Shown in pieces: positions 63,540-64,000 of a DNA stretch of 64,000 nucleotides (its first letter is position 1; each line of letters opens with the position of its first letter). The notes under the pieces are model-generated. The model did not search any database and was not told where the DNA came from. It saw only the letters and a list, made by a program, of their open reading frames with translations. The translations under genes were made by a program, and so were the position numbers. The DNA comes from Bigelowiella natans CCMP2755 (Eukaryota > Protista > Cercozoa), in NCBI GenBank assembly GCA_000320545.1, contig ADNK01003472.1, positions 55,973-119,972 of the forward strand, given 5' to 3'.

Positions 63540-64000
63540 AACGAGTTGTGTAAGTAGCAATTAGGATAACAAGAATTAGGATTGCTACGATTTCTAATTT
63601 TTCTAATATTTTTATTTAAACTCTACGGCGAAAATTGAATTTTGCATTGCATAAAGCAAGAACATTGTGACATTGACATGATTTGCATTGCAGAAGAGCA
63701 AGAACATTCTGACATTGATATGATTTGCATTGCACAAGATGAAAAAAAAAATCCTGTAAATATGAAGACATCATTGAGGAACAATTAAGTAGCAGCAGCC
63801 CTTGTTGTTCTTTCCATCCATGCACCTCCTCCTCCTCCTCCACCACCACCGACCTAAGCTGGTAAGGGTCATGGAAAGGGCTATTACATCAATATACCGT
63901 TAGAACACGGCCGGGCTTGGAAAATCACCATTAGGCTGCAGTTTTCAAAGACATCGTATTCCAATGACCCGAATATTTTCCCCCCACCTCATCCTCATAG
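62332..64000 (-). CDS. trmA: tRNA (uracil-5-)-methyltransferase, TrmA/Trm2 family; 3' part only
   Basis: VLVDPPRAGLD / ILYISCNPEALKRD / FAFLDHFPYTKHVECAVYL. The stop is at 62332-62334. Confidence 0.85.
63641..63737. repeat. Tandem repeat of about 41 bp x2.3, probably intronic
   Basis: tttgcattgca..agcaagaacatt.tgacattga.atga repeated. Confidence 0.8.

Overview
Eukaryotic nuclear DNA with GT-AG introns and many trinucleotide, (GT)n and (AT)n microsatellites. The style resembles an intron-rich protist such as a chlorarachniophyte; that assignment is an inference only. About 13 protein-coding loci can be reconstructed: an NHL-repeat protein, an NHL/mucin/IPT/Cys-rich multi-TM receptor-like protein, a CaMKK-like kinase, an RBX1-like protein, a charged hypothetical protein, an intronless SBP2, a TraB-family protein, a DnaJ protein, GPALPP1/DUF3752, CobW/ZNG1 with an N-terminal extension, a 3-repeat protein, a divergent PRMT-like methyltransferase and a partial TrmA. 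There is also a stop-riddled pseudogene. The most striking signal is compositional. Intergenic and repeat-derived DNA has lost almost every TpA dinucleotide except in CTAG (22938-24833 and 59507-61873, including about 1.5 kb with no TpA at all), while introns are TpA-rich. Related repeat copies differ by TA/TG, TA/CA and reciprocal CA/TG changes. This looks like a targeted, context-specific TpA->TpG/CpA hypermutation acting on repeats and untranscribed DNA, the mirror image of fungal RIP. All counts and exon assignments were made by eye and coordinates of multi-exon genes are approximate.
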